Below, one piece after another: positions 22,101-34,847 of a stretch of 64,000 nucleotides of DNA. The notes under the pieces are model-generated. The model ran no database searches, was not told the origin of the DNA, and worked only from the letters and a program-made list of their open reading frames with translations. The stretch's first letter is position 1. Each line of letters begins with the position of its first letter. Source of the stretch: Vicugna vicugna (lineage: Eukaryota); the NCBI GenBank assembly GCA_013265495.1, contig MU057711.1, positions 1,178,001 through 1,242,000 of the forward strand, in the 5' to 3' direction. Made by a program: the position numbers and the translations under genes.

Positions 22101-25100
22101 AGAGGAGGTGGTAAACTGATTAGTTAGCAACTAGAAAAGAGGCCAGGTTGTGCATCCTGTCCTTGAGCAGGATAGTGAAGGATATGACAGAAAACAATTT
22201 TCATTGCATATGGTTTCTGCAGAAAACCTGTGCAGCGGGTGTGGCTGGCCACTCTGGGTCATGTCTGCCAGGTCCTTCTAGCAGCCCTCGCTGTAAGCGA
22301 GGCCAGCTCGTCACCACTTCCCTTAGCTGAATTCTCAGTAGCCTGTGCTAAGTTCTACAGTGCAGCATCAGCACCAGGCTTTGGGGACCCAGAGTCGGGG
22401 AGACCTCAGTTCCAAGATGAGGAGAGAAATTGGCAGTTGAGGAGGAAGAGTCTTCACTTTTCCTGTGTTTCAGGTGAAACTCTTCAGTTCTCAGTTACTT
22501 TTCCTAAATAAATGTTGCTTTGGGTCATCAGAGCATACACAGAGACCCTTCATGGTTATTTCTGGAATTCGTGGCCCCTTGGGAAGTTCTGCTCGCACCA
22601 TGGCACTGGCAGGTGAGGGTGAAAATTCTAGACGCTCATAACCCTTGGCTGTAGAAACACTCCATATTCTCAGGAAGCAGATAAAGATGTGTGAAAATAA
22701 ATTTCTCAGTGACATGAAACACATCCTGGGTTCTTAAGGATGAAGGGGTTCCTTAATGGAACAGAAAAATGATCCCATTTCTGTGTGGCTCTGAGGGCCA
22801 CCCACGAGATGAGGGAGAATGTTTTGTGCAGAAGGTAAGGGTGTGAGCAGGAGGGCTGGGCCCTATATTCTTGACCGAGACCAGTCCCTCATGTATTTGT
22901 CTGCATATTAAAATCCATTCCTTTCTTCATTCTTTCATTTTTGTCCATTTGTTTACTCATAAATTCCTTTATTCTTAGGTATTCGTGGTTTCACTTATTC
23001 CTTCATTTGTGCTCATTCCACCTCCCCACCCCTATTCTTAAAAGTTTTTACTGAACACTTACTATGTTGTCAGAGACGTGCTGAGTGTTCTGGGCCAGAA
23101 GGGGTCCCTGCCTCAGGGAGGAGCTCTCTTTCCCATTGTGGTGATAGATCCTTCCCCATAACCCTAGTCCAAGGTGTCTTTGGCTGAGTCCTGAGTGGTG
23201 GGCCTCAGAAGATGCCTGTCTGGGAACATTGGTCACTGCAGTTTGAGAAGAATTCCTGAATCCTCAGCATCATTGAGAGACTCAGTACAGAGCCCATGGG
23301 CTTTTTGGCCAGGCCTCCAGGGACTGGATCCCTGTGGGTGACCAATAAAATGATCCTGGCCCCCAAATAGATTTTCTCTTGACTCAGATGGTCGAAGGCT
23401 CGGTCTCCGTTTCTTGGCTTTGTTGGCCACGTTTACAAGGTGATGACGGAGGCAGAGCCCAGGCCTCCCTTGCCCATCAGCACAGCCCCAGGAATCTAGA
23501 AGTTACAGAGACAGAACTTCTGTATTTCTCAAAATACCCACAGGAAACCAAACCAAGTGGGAGTTCAGGGACCAGGCAACAAAACTCCAAGGAAGGCTGT
23601 CCAAGGCCATATGTCCCATCTTCCTGTGCCCTCCTGAGCACTCAGCCATGCTGGGCATCGTGGGGGACCCAAGAGGGAAGAAAGAACTCAGTCTTTGCTT
23701 TGCAAAGATGCAAGAAAATAACATGAAACACAAAAATAAACAATACTTGTATACAGTTTACAAAAAGGTTTTTACATTGCTCTTGTCTGAGCCTCCTTGG
23801 GGCTGTGTGAGGAGATGAGATAACATTGCCCTTTTTTGACATGTAAAGAGAGTACTGGAATTGTCCAAAGCCACACAGTGAATGGACAGCAGAGTCAGGA
23901 TTTGAACCCAGGTCTCTTTGATTCCAAATCACTCGTCTATGCCATGAGCCCACCTCACAGCTTGCAACCCCAGAGAGCTGGGGGATGACTTCCTTAGGTA
24001 AGAGGAGTTTGGAGAGAGGGAGAGGTCCCTGCCACTGGATGTGATCAGAGGAGGCTTCTTGGAGGAGGTGGAATCTTCTTTGGATTGAGGAGTCAGAGCT
24101 AATCATGAATCTGCCTTTGTTTTTACCTGCCACCCTCCTTAATAAAACAGGGAATGGGTTTCACCTGCTAGCTCTCACCTCTTCCTGGGGAATGGGATAC
24201 ACATCTCTTATTCCTCAGTAATATCGAGGCTTGGGCATGAGACCTGAATGGCTCAGAGAATTTAATCATTCAACAAGCAGCTTTGCCTAAGAGCAGAAGT
24301 AAGAACTGACGCGGAGTCCTCTCTATGGGTAAATATAATTAGCCTGGCTATTATGCTCCAAATCCTCCCTAAGCCCCTACGTTCAGGTGGCAAAGGAAAC
24401 TTGCTGGCTTTTGGTGACCCTCAAAACTGAGAGCCTTTGCTGGGGCTGCAGTAATTTGATTTATCTCAGAAACAAGCCAGCGTTACAAGGTTGGGTTTGC
24501 AATTTCAATATGCAGAGATTAATTTACATGCAGAGCTAATTAAGCAGCTGAAACACCCACTAATTGATTATTACATGAAAAAGAACACATCAATTTGGAG
24601 AAAAACACTCTATAAGGTTGTACAATATTTGCAGACTTAATTGTAAAGTGGAAATTCCTCTTTTAGTGGCCAATAAATTGAACCAATTAACCTTTGCTGG
24701 GATGGTCTCTTTAATCCCGGAGTCCAGGGCACTCGTCAGGAAAGCTTTGGTCTCTGCCTTTTCAAACTCAAAGTCAGAAAAAACAGCGGCTCTGGGCTGA
24801 TTTCCACACTTGGCACAGGACCGGTTCATAGTAAGAGCTCATAGTAAATGCTGTGAATAAATGTCCAAAGAGTCTACAGCAGTTATTTCCCATTTATTTT
24901 TTATTATGAGAGTTTTTCTGGATGATGCTCCTGGAAGGTATTATTATTATTCACCCCCCACCCCAATTTGTTTTGAAAGCTACACTGCATTCACAGAAAC
25001 CTAGTAAGTAACCCCCAGTCTCAAAGCTGGCAGGGAGTGGATTTGGGCCTTGAACTCAGATCTTCTGACCCCAGGTCCAATGCTTTTTTTTTTTTCCCAT

Positions 25101-27754
25101 TTCAAGCTCTTTCCTGTGTCCCAGTGACTAAGATGGACTATCTGTTGAGGCGGAATAAATCGTCACCCAAAGAGCATGATATGATGGGACCCAAAGGCCT
25201 CCAGCTTCAAAGCATCACCCCCTGGTTTGACACAGTGCTGGATCCCATCTCAGACAGTGATTCCCATGATTGAAGGAGGGGCTGGACCTTTAAGTCCCGT
25301 GTCACAGTGCAGAGACCTCTTTAAAGAGTCACCACCAACCTCTCCCAGTCACTGCCACCTTAGCAAATGTGCCTGTGTTAGGCAGATTCACTTTTTAGGT
25401 GGAGTCACAGACTACAAGGATTCAAGGGTATGGGACATGGGACAGATACATCTTGACAGGTCAGACAGAGGCATCATTGTCTGGGTGTGTGGCCAAGGAA
25501 GAAATGGTCCTGATGGAGAGGGAGGTCCTAAGTTGCTAGAGTCAGCACAAGAGCATTGGTACATGCAAGATTTTGAAGCAAAAAGGGTAAAGATTATGGG
25601 CAAAGGGACAAGGGAAAGGTGTACTGCTACTTCCTAATGTGTGGCGTTGAGAAAGTTGTGCAATGCTCCTTTTCCTTATCTGCAAAATGGGAGTCAGGAG
25701 ACCCCCCTTCCAGGCATGTGTGAGGCTTAAATGAGCCATCACCAGAAAGCTTTTAGCCCAGTGCCAAGTACTCAGGGACCGGCTGGCACCTGGGGCTCTT
25801 CCTGCAATGTCTGGGCAGCTTATTCCTCCAACACTGGACAGAGACTCAAAAGGCTTAATATCCAGTCCCGGGTCATTTGCAGACTCACTGAGGGCCCTCT
25901 GTCAATACCCTCCTCCTTCAGCCCTCACTTTTCCTCTATAAACTGAGGCAGGAGGACTGGATGATTTCTAAGGGCCTCTACACCCAATTCATTCATTTAT
26001 GGATTTGCTCAGTGATTATGTCTTGAGAGCCCACAGTGTGCTGGGCACAGGGCCAGGCTCTGGGGGTATAACTTGGAAAGACAAGGCCTCTGCTCTAAGG
26101 GAGCTGACGGTCAAGTGAAGGAAGCAGACCATAAACAAGTATGGGAGATACTTTCAGATAATGATCAGTTATGAAAAGGAAAGCGAGAGGATCTGTGTAC
26201 TCCGAACTGTTCTTTTTTCCCTCCCCAAAGTACATGAACCAATGCTGAGAAGTTTAAGGAGGAAAAGGAAAAAAAGGCAGGGGCCAGTGTTTATTAGAAG
26301 GATTAGAGATTCTCACGAAGTCCCAGGAAGAGCTGAACACCAAGCCTCAGGAAATCCAAGAACCAGACAAGTTCCAGGATCCCACAGCCAGCTTCCGTGG
26401 AGCCTCCTTTCTGGAAGGCTCCTAACAGCTTACCCCTCATTATCTCTGATTCTTTGATCTGCCCTGGATGTTAGCTTCTGTCTTCTCTCTTCTGTGGATT
26501 CTGTTTCTCATTCTGTGCAGTGGAAGACATGGTCAAGGTCACATGCTGAAGCCCTCCAGAGACTCGGTTCTCCCTTTCTCAGTCACAGCGCTACGTTCCC
26601 AGGGGAGGGCCTCTGATTGGCTCACCTAGGGTCAGGTGTCTACTGTGGGCCAATCAGCTGTAGCTTGAGAAGAGTGGACGCCACTGTGCAAACGTGGCGG
26701 CTGTAACCATAAGGGGAGAAAGCAGGAGGAACAGTTTCCAGAAAGCTGGGGTCAGGGGTGGGGAGCCACCAATTCTACACACAGATTAACCAGGCTGTGA
26801 TGCCCGGAGAGTCTCCCACATCCAGTTTACTTTTGAGTTGGAAGTCTTTTCCCAAACAAAAGATAGTGAAGAAGCATGCTGGAAGTTTGTTCTGGGTGTG
26901 GAATCCAAAGATTCTGAAACCAAGTCTTTGCTGACCTGATGCTTGACCTTAGACGAGTCATTTACTCTCTCTGAACCTTCAATGGAAACGTGTGATAATA
27001 ATACTAGAGTTATTGTGAAGTTCAAAGAAAAGCAAGGGTGAGAAGATGCTCCAAATTTCGCAGTAAGTTATAATATTTGGGGCTCTTAGAAAAGAATGGG
27101 AGCTACAGAGATGAGAAGAAGGGAACTTACTGGAGAACTCTGCAGGAGTTCAAAAAATCCCTCAAAAAATCCCCCCCTTTTTTTTTTCTTCCTTCCCCAA
27201 CAGCTTCACATTTGGTCCTCTTTGTCTGATTCACTATCGGGACATATGCATCCGTGTTTACAACCAGCATAGGTCATTCCCAGAATGCAGGCTATTGGCA
27301 GGTTTATAATTTTACCAGCTCAGCCTGGCAGATAGATACGTCTCCCCCCATGGAGCAGGACATTAATTTTTCTGAGTAAATGGAGCCAAGCTGTCTGGTG
27401 TTATCATCGGTGCAGGGCTTCACAGCCAGCAGGGAGGGAGGCTGCACCACTCCCCCCCCCAACCTAACCCCACTCTTCACAGTGGCATTCCAGCTTCCTC
27501 TCTCTGTGGGACTTTGGGGTCTTGCTGAGTCATCCTAGATGCCTCTCCTCAACCCCAAGACCTTCTGATTCTTCTCCAGAGTAGCTCTCCCCAATACTCC
27601 ATCCTTATTGCTAGCACACTGTCCATCACCACTATCTCTTGTCTACACGACTGCATCACTCTTCTAAATGGTTCCTTGCCTTGAGTCTCCCCCCTCCCCC
27701 AGATTTGAGCATGTCGCTTTCTTGCCTAAAACCCACTGGGTAAACCATGGTGCA

Positions 27755-28465
27755 TCTGTTAGGATGGCTGACATAGTAAACACAGTCAAGTGCTGCTGCT
27801 GATGCAGAGCAACTGGAACCCTAAAACGATTGTTATTGCTGAGAATGCAAGATGGCACCACTATGCTGGAAAGCTGTTTGGAAGTTCCTTAAGAATATAA
27901 ATGTACACTTAGAGTGTGACACAGCAATACCACTCCTAGGTTTTTTCCTAGAGAAATAAATATGTCTGTTCATACAAAGACCCTTACACAAATGTTTACT
28001 GCAGCTTGAGTCATAATTGCCCCAGACCACAAGCAACCCAAACGACCTTCAGCAGGTGAACAGATAAACAACCATATGATGGTGGAATACTACTCAGCAA
28101 CAAGAGAAAAGGGTTAACTATGATCCAGGCAACATCTTACTGATTCAGGATGAATCTTAAAGATATAATGGTGAGTAAAAGAAACCAATTTCAAAAAAAT
28201 TACATATTATAGGATTCTATACATTTGCAGAAACACAAAAATATAGTGATGGAGAACAGATCAGTGATTGCCAGGGGTTAGAAGTGGCGAGGGTGGGTGG
28301 GGAGAGGATGTGACTGTAAAGGAAGACTTTGAGGTTATGGAACTGTTTTGTATCTTGATTATGGTGGTGGTTATATGACTCTATACATGTGTTAAAATCC
28401 ATAGAATAGTACAAGAAAAGAAAACAGTCAATTTTACCAGATGATATTAAAAAATAAAAATAAAA
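27755..28465 (+). mobile_element. Old L1 (L1MD/ME-like) 3' region
   Basis: GCAGAGCAACTGGAAC, CAGCAATACCACTCCTAGG, GGAATACTACTCAGCAA, GAACAGATCAGTGATTGCCAGGGG; A-rich end. Confidence 0.85.
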
Positions 28466-29394
28466 GACCCCTTTGGGCAAAAATTCAAATTATTTGGAAT
28501 GATTTTAGAGCATCTCAAGTCTGGCTCCTGCCTTCCTCACCAATTCTGTCCTTGGCCCCTTTCTTTTTGATCTTTATGCATTGAAAATACCAAAATACTT
28601 CTAGCACTCCAAACAGACTAGAGGCAGTCTTGCCTCCAGGTTGAGCCTTCTGCCTTACTGATGTAGTTAACTCCTATTCATCCTTCAAAACACTGCTCAG
28701 AGACTCCTTTGTGTAGCTTCCTTTCTGTCATCTTCCTTAACGCCAGATTTAAGAACTCTCTGTTCTATGCTGATTCCAGATCTTGTAAATAATTTTACTA
28801 TTGTGTGTTACTCTTATAATCACCTATTGCCAGCTTCCCTGTGCCGAGTATGACTTTCCACATTTTGTCCCTAGGGTCTTCTTTGAAATGTGGAACCATC
28901 TTGGCCCATGCTCAGAGCCCAGGAGTGAGTGGTTACTGTCTGGGGCAACCCTCAACCACCTGGAGCAGGAGCCATCCTTCAGGCGGACAGTTCTGGGAGG
29001 TGGTCTGGACACTACCCAGAGATCTTGGTGGACTCTGGCCTTGGTTGTGCATGGTGGCAGTTGTGAAAACACACCATTTAAATGACTTTCCTTCTGCTCT
29101 GCCATTCTCTCTGCGCCTTCCCTCCCACTTCCTGGAATCACCTCCCAAGTTGACCACACCTGCACCCACATCTGTGTCTTGGGCTCCACTTTTGAGGGAA
29201 ATCAATCTAATACACCTTTTTTTTCTATTGCAGTCATAGAGGGAAGGTTGGATCTGCCGCGATTTGCAGGAGGAACTTTCCTGACAGGCCTCCACGCTCA
29301 GAGCCAGGAGACCATGACTCTGCCTCTTTCTGTTTAGGAGACCTTGAAGAAGTCTGCTTGTCTGAGCCTCCGTTTAGCTCCCCCATGCAGCTTA

Positions 29395-29760
29395 GTCTTT
29401 CCTGAAGCTGAGTTTGGGGGTACGAGATATTGATTAGGGACCAATTTCTGGGAAGTGAAGGGGAAGAGAGCGGGGCTGAGCAGAGGAGGAAGTCAAACTG
29501 CATTGGTGGCCTGACCGAGTAGTGGCCAGCCCCAGCCAAGAGACCTATGCTGCCTGTGAGATTTGCCTGGCCGGGCCTTTCTGTCCCCACCTCACTCAGT
29601 CACCAGATGTGACACTGGCAGCCCTGGGTGGGGTGTGACTGCAGATGACGCAGCTCCCTGCAGCTGAGGTGGACCCTGAATGTCTGCTGGCCACACTCTC
29701 TGCAGTTGGGCAGCCAGCCTTTCTGGGCCATCTGGGCAGCACGTGTCTGCATCTACTTAG
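29395..29760. mobile_element. Old ERVL LTR (LTR33-like)
   Basis: Similar to 53640-54060 and 60030-60440 (GGGGCTGAGCAGAGGGAGAAGTCAAACTGC, CAGTCACCAGATG). Confidence 0.55.
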
Positions 29761-31041
29761 GGCCCAAATGAAAATGCCACTGGGCTCCACTGAGCAAGGT
29801 ATGTGCATCCAGTGTGGAGTAGCGGGGACAGTGGTGACCGGGGTGTAGCCATTACTCAACTCCAGTTAACTTCTGCAAGCAGGCATATTGTTGCCAAACT
29901 CAAGAGACTCTGGGAATTTCACGATTTATATAAAATTTCTTGTCCTTAAACCAGCGCATAGTTAGCTACTTCAAGTTAGCTACTTCATAATACCTCTGAA
30001 TGCCTCTGGGTTGACTTCTGATTGGGAGAGTAGCATTTATCTTGGGCAGTTCTAGGAGCAGGAGAAAGCCTGAGGTTTTTCTGGGTGGGTCCAGAGCCAT
30101 CTCACAGAACTGGAGAACTCTTGTGGGGAAAAGGCTGGGCAGGACCTGGAAGGGGCATAAGGTTTCCCTGTGTGGACATCTACCACCTCCAGACATTTCT
30201 TACTCAGTACACATGATTGAAGTCCAGACCTTGAGTGCTTGTGTTGGAAGTGAACTGGTCTCAGACAGGGAAGGCAGGCTCTGTTGGGCCCCCAGAGGCG
30301 TGGCTTCAAAAGCTCTGGAATCGGTGGCCTGTGCAAAATGAGGCCACATCTGTTCTTGTGCACCTTAATTACACCTTCCCCGGGGCTGGCGGAGCCAGGA
30401 TTATGTGTGTTTAAGGCAGTATCTTCAGGCCTGTCCACTCACCCTTGCTAACGTGGCAGGCCAGGTTTTTAATTCCATGGGGTCAGGATGCTGGAGTATG
30501 ATTTCCCTAGTGAGTACTGCCAGACGCATCTCAGCTTGGAAGGAGGGGGTGGCATGGACCTAGGGGACTGAGGGAGAAACTCATGGCAGGTCCCAACAAA
30601 ACCAGCAGTGCCCTCTGGGTGGGGACTTCTGAAGTCACAGGGGGCACTGAGTGAGTTCTGGGGCATGCTGGCCAGGGGCTCATGCTGCTGGAGCTGCCTG
30701 CCCCAGACTCTTTCACTTCCTCTCGGAAAAGACTATGAATTCCCTGGCCGGGGGCTCCTAAGAGAGCCCAGGAGAACTCTCCCTCTCTGGTTCCTGTGCA
30801 TGGGTGGGCAGAGTGAGTGTTGAAGCCACCCTGGTTATTTTCCAAAGGTCAGCTAGGGTAACGGGGCCGTTTCTGGGAAACAATTTGCATCGGCTGCCAC
30901 AATGACTTATGGGGACATAAGGTGTTGGGTTTTGTCACATCTTTTGGTCTCCTGCGTTTGAATACTACTACGAAGACGAGAGGAATGTTGTTTGGGAATT
31001 GCTGTTGTGCAGGATGGAAGGGACCAAAGTGTTAAGTGCTA

Positions 31042-31480
31042 TAACAGTTATCTATTGTTCTATAAGAAACTTCTTTAAAATTTAGTGGCTAAAAACTAGA
31101 GCCATTTACTTCCTTGTGATTCTGTAAGATACCAATTTGATAAGGGTCTCCCCTGTGGCTGTAGTCATGTAGTGGCTTGGCTGGGGCTGAGTGGTCTTGT
31201 ATCTGGTGATTGGTGCTGGCTGTCAGCTGAGCCACACTTTCCCAGCAAGTTATTTTGGACTTTTTTTTTTTAACATAGTGGCTATGTTCCAAAAGTTGTG
31301 AGAAAGAAGACAAGCCCCATTGTACAAGATTATGCTCTGGTCATTCTTGCTAATGTTCTGTTGGCCAAGGCAAGCCACATGGCCAAGCCCAGATTCAAGG
31401 TGGGAGGGGCCTATGCAAGGTTGAGGATACAGGGAGACATGTTTCATGGGGACCATTACTATAATAATCTACCACAATGT
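31042..31480 (-). mobile_element. MLT1 LTR
   Basis: AGTTATCTATTG...AAAATTTAGTGGCT...CTGTTGGCCAAGGCAAGCCACATGGCCAAGCCCAGATTCAAGG...TCTACCACA. Confidence 0.75.
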
Positions 31481-31530
31481 GTTCAGGAAGAAGTTGGGTA
31501 CAATTCCTACTTCATTCATTCATCCATTCA

Positions 31531-31691
31531 CTAAAAAATTTTTTTTATTGAAATATTGTCAGTTACAATGTGTCAATTTCTGGTGTACAGCACCATGTCC
31601 CAGTCATGCATATATACATGTATTCATTTTCATATTTTTTTTCATTAAAGGTTATTATAAGATACTGAATATGATTCCCTGTCCTATGCAG
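31531..31691 (-). mobile_element. Short young L1 3' end inserted in an L2 tail
   Basis: Flanked by the direct repeat CATCCATTCA at 31521-31530 and 31692-31701; same family as 3446-3613. Confidence 0.85.
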
Positions 31692-32689
31692 CATCCATTC
31701 ATTTTTAATAAATATTTGTTGAGTATCAACAAGATGGCAGGTCCTTATGGGCACAGGGGATTTCACAGTGAACTGGACAAACATTCCTGCTCTCATGGAT
31801 TTTACAATCTAGTTGGGGAGTCAGACAATAAAATACGGTCAGATGGCATCACTTGTCTCAAATCAGGTAGAGGAGGATAGGGAGTGCAGGGCTCCCTGGC
31901 TCTGGGAGTTGTGGACAATGACCCTGGCAGAGCATGAAGTTGGCAAAGGGAGAGAAGACTGGGGTGCCCTGGTAAATGTTGGGTTAAGCAAAGGGATGTC
32001 TGACCCAGAGAAGGGTGGTTCTACTGACAGGGCTACATGGAGATGTTGCAACTTCTTTGGGGGAGAGCCTCCATCATCCAGCGAGGAGGGCAGGGAGCAG
32101 CTGAACCCTGGCTCTGTGAACACTCATATGGAATCCAAAGCTTCAGATAGAACTGGCCTGACAGGATCCCTCCCCAACAGCTACATAGCAGCACACATGG
32201 GAGGGAGAAAATACCCACTATGACCTTCCTTCCTTGTCCCCAAAACTAGAAGAACTGGAAACGGGAAGAAGAGGGAAAAATCTCAGATCTGGACCTTGTG
32301 CTTCTTTCTTTTCTCTGAGCAGCGTGAGGCTGGCTGGGGGAGGGAAGAAGGGGAGCTCTGAATCAAATCTGGAGATTAAAGGGGAAAAAATTACAGGTGT
32401 AAGCTTACACCATTATTTGAATAACTGGAAGAGGCCAAAGAGTTATGGAGGTGGCCCAAGGTATCATGGGTGGCCCTCTGAATTTAGAACGTGGAAGATT
32501 TGATGTCTAATGTTCTGCCTTCCCACCTGTTACCACAGAAGAATCATCTGGACCCCAGTAGGAAACCAACCCTCCAGCCGTGCACTGGATCCCACCCCCT
32601 CTTGACTCTTCAGGGAGCTTACTCCAGCAATCCTTTCCTCTACCTCTCACTGCAGCAGAAATTTCCTCCCTACCAGAGCTTTCTCTAAA

Positions 32690-34692
32690 ACATACCAGCA
32701 GTGCTGTCATCTTTCCCCACTTAAAAATGATACCTTGACCCCATTTATTGTGTCAGCTACAACTGCGTTTCTCTTCCCATCTCTGCAGTGCAGCCCCTCC
32801 TAGAGTTGTCTGTGTTTGCTGTCTCCAGTTCCTTCCCTCCCCTTTTCTCTTAAACCAGACCCCGTCTGACTTTTGCCCCCACCACTACACCAGAATAGCC
32901 ATTGGAAGGACCATCAATGACTTCCGTGTTGCCAAATCCAGCGGTCAATTCTGAGTTCTCACCTTGGTTGAACTGTCAGCAGCATTAGTCATGATCAGTT
33001 CTCCTCTTTGGTACCCTTTCTCCCCTGGGATCCCAGGACACTAAGCTCTGTTACCTTTCCTTCTTTACACTATTCATTCCTTCTCAGCTCTTTTCCGCAT
33101 CCTCCTCCTCTCACCATTTCTGAATGTTAGAATCTCCAGGACTTAGTTCTTGGCCCTCTTTTCTTGTGTGTCTTCCCTTGGTTTCACCCAGTCTTTAGGA
33201 CTCAAATACTATCTACACATCAGTGGCTTCCTAATTTATTTCTCCAGCCTGGACCTCTCTCTTTCACTCAAGACAAGTATACCCCGCTGCCTACTTGACA
33301 TTTCCACTAGGATGCTGTATCAGGCAGGAGAGACCGGTTATGCTTTGCTAACAATGACCTCAAATCTCAGTGGTATATCACGAAAAGGTTTATTTCTCAC
33401 TCATACTACGTATCCTCCATGCTCTGTACTATGTCATCATCACTGCAGGACTCAGGCTGTTGGAGCAGTTCCCATCTGGAACATTGCTGATCACAGTATA
33501 AGGGTGAATAGGAAACGTGGCAAGCCATAAACTGGTTCTTAAAATTTCTGCTTACATTTCATTGGCCAAATCAACTCCCATGGTCAATTTTGACATCAGT
33601 GAAGCAGGGAAAGATTGCAGACATTCATGGCAATTGCATAGTCTATCAGATATACCCAACAGACATCTCAAACTCATCTTATCCCAAACTGAACTCCTTT
33701 CCCCACAAACCTCCTCCCTTCAGTGTCCATCTCAGTCGATGTTGACTCAGTACTTCTGGTTACTCAAGTCAGAAATTTTGGTGTCCTTGATTTCTCTGTT
33801 TCACATCCCAAATTCAATCCTTCAAGATACGTCTTCGCAATACATCCAGAATCTGACCTCGACATCGACCACTCTGTCCATGCATCAACATCTCACTATT
33901 GGATTATTTTGATGGTCTCTCTCTCTCCTTTTTTTTTTTTTTCAGTGGAGATACTGGCGATTAAAGCCAGGACCTTGTGCATGCTAAGTATGTGCTCTGC
34001 CACTGAGCTATACCCTTCACCTTCTGATGATCTCAATGTCAGGCCTCCCTGCTTCTATCCCTGACCTTTCCCCACCCCCACCCCCCAATAGCCTATTCTG
34101 AACAGAGCAGCCAGAGTGATTCTTTTAAAACGTAAGTTACATCATTTCTTGCTTCTGCCTGAAATCCTTCAAAGGCTCCCAATTTCCCCCCCAGTAAAAC
34201 CCCATTTCCCCAAATGGCTCACAAGTTCCATCCAGTCTGGTCCCTGTCACTTCTCTAACCTCTTTTCCTACTATTCTCAGCATCACATACACCAGCATCC
34301 TTGCTGATCCTTCACCCAGCGTCTTGATGACTGCTGGTCCCTAGCCCGGAATCCTCTGTTCCCAGATGCCACCTGGCTCCCTCTCCCTTTCTTCCCAGCT
34401 TACCTTCTCTGTGCCGATCTCCCTGACCATCTAGTTGAAGTTTTCATCCTTTCTTTCGCAATCTCCGAATCCCACAGCATTTTCTCCTTTCTCATTTACT
34501 ATATAATTTCCTTATTATGTTTATTATTTGTCTGTTTTTATCAATCAAAGGGAAGCTCCAAAAAGGCAGCAATGTTTTGGTCCGTTTCACTCACTGTTGC
34601 GTGTCAAGTGTTTAGAACAGTGCCTGGCACATGGTAGCTTGGTATTTATCTATAGAATGAATTGAATGCATGCATGCATGAATGAATGAATA
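32690..34692 (+). mobile_element. LINE-2 fragment (RT region through 3' tail), interrupted by an MLT1-type LTR and a SINE
   Basis: The translation LNQTPSDFCPHHYTRIAIGRTINDFRVAKSSGQF resembles L2/CR1 RT (LQSGFRPHHSTETAL..TNDL..AKS.GQF). Ends with AGAACAGTGCCTGGCACATGGTAG and (AATG)n, the L2 3' terminus. Confidence 0.88.
33920..34024 (-). mobile_element. tRNA-Ala-derived SINE (camelid Vic-1-like)
   Basis: Reverse complement GGGTATAGCTCAGTGGCAGAGCACATACTTAGCATGCACAAGGTCCTGG plus A tail; TSD TGATG(G/A)TCTC at 33910 and 34025. Confidence 0.85.
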
Positions 34693-34710
34693 GCAATACA
34701 GTGTGATGAA

Positions 34711-34847
34711 TTTTTAAGAAACTTTTTATTTTGTCTTTTGGAGGGAAGGTAATTAGTTTTATTTATTTATTTTTAATGAGAGTGCTGGGCTTCATTACCC
34801 AGGACCTCATGCATGCTAGCACACACTGAACTGTACTCTCCCCGCCA
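34711..34847 (-). mobile_element. tRNA-Ala-derived SINE (longer variant)
   Basis: CCCAGGACCTCATGCATGCTAG body with the GGAGGGAAGGTAATTAG...TTTATTTATT extension also seen at 56041 and 57181; flanking TGATGAA repeat. Confidence 0.75.
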
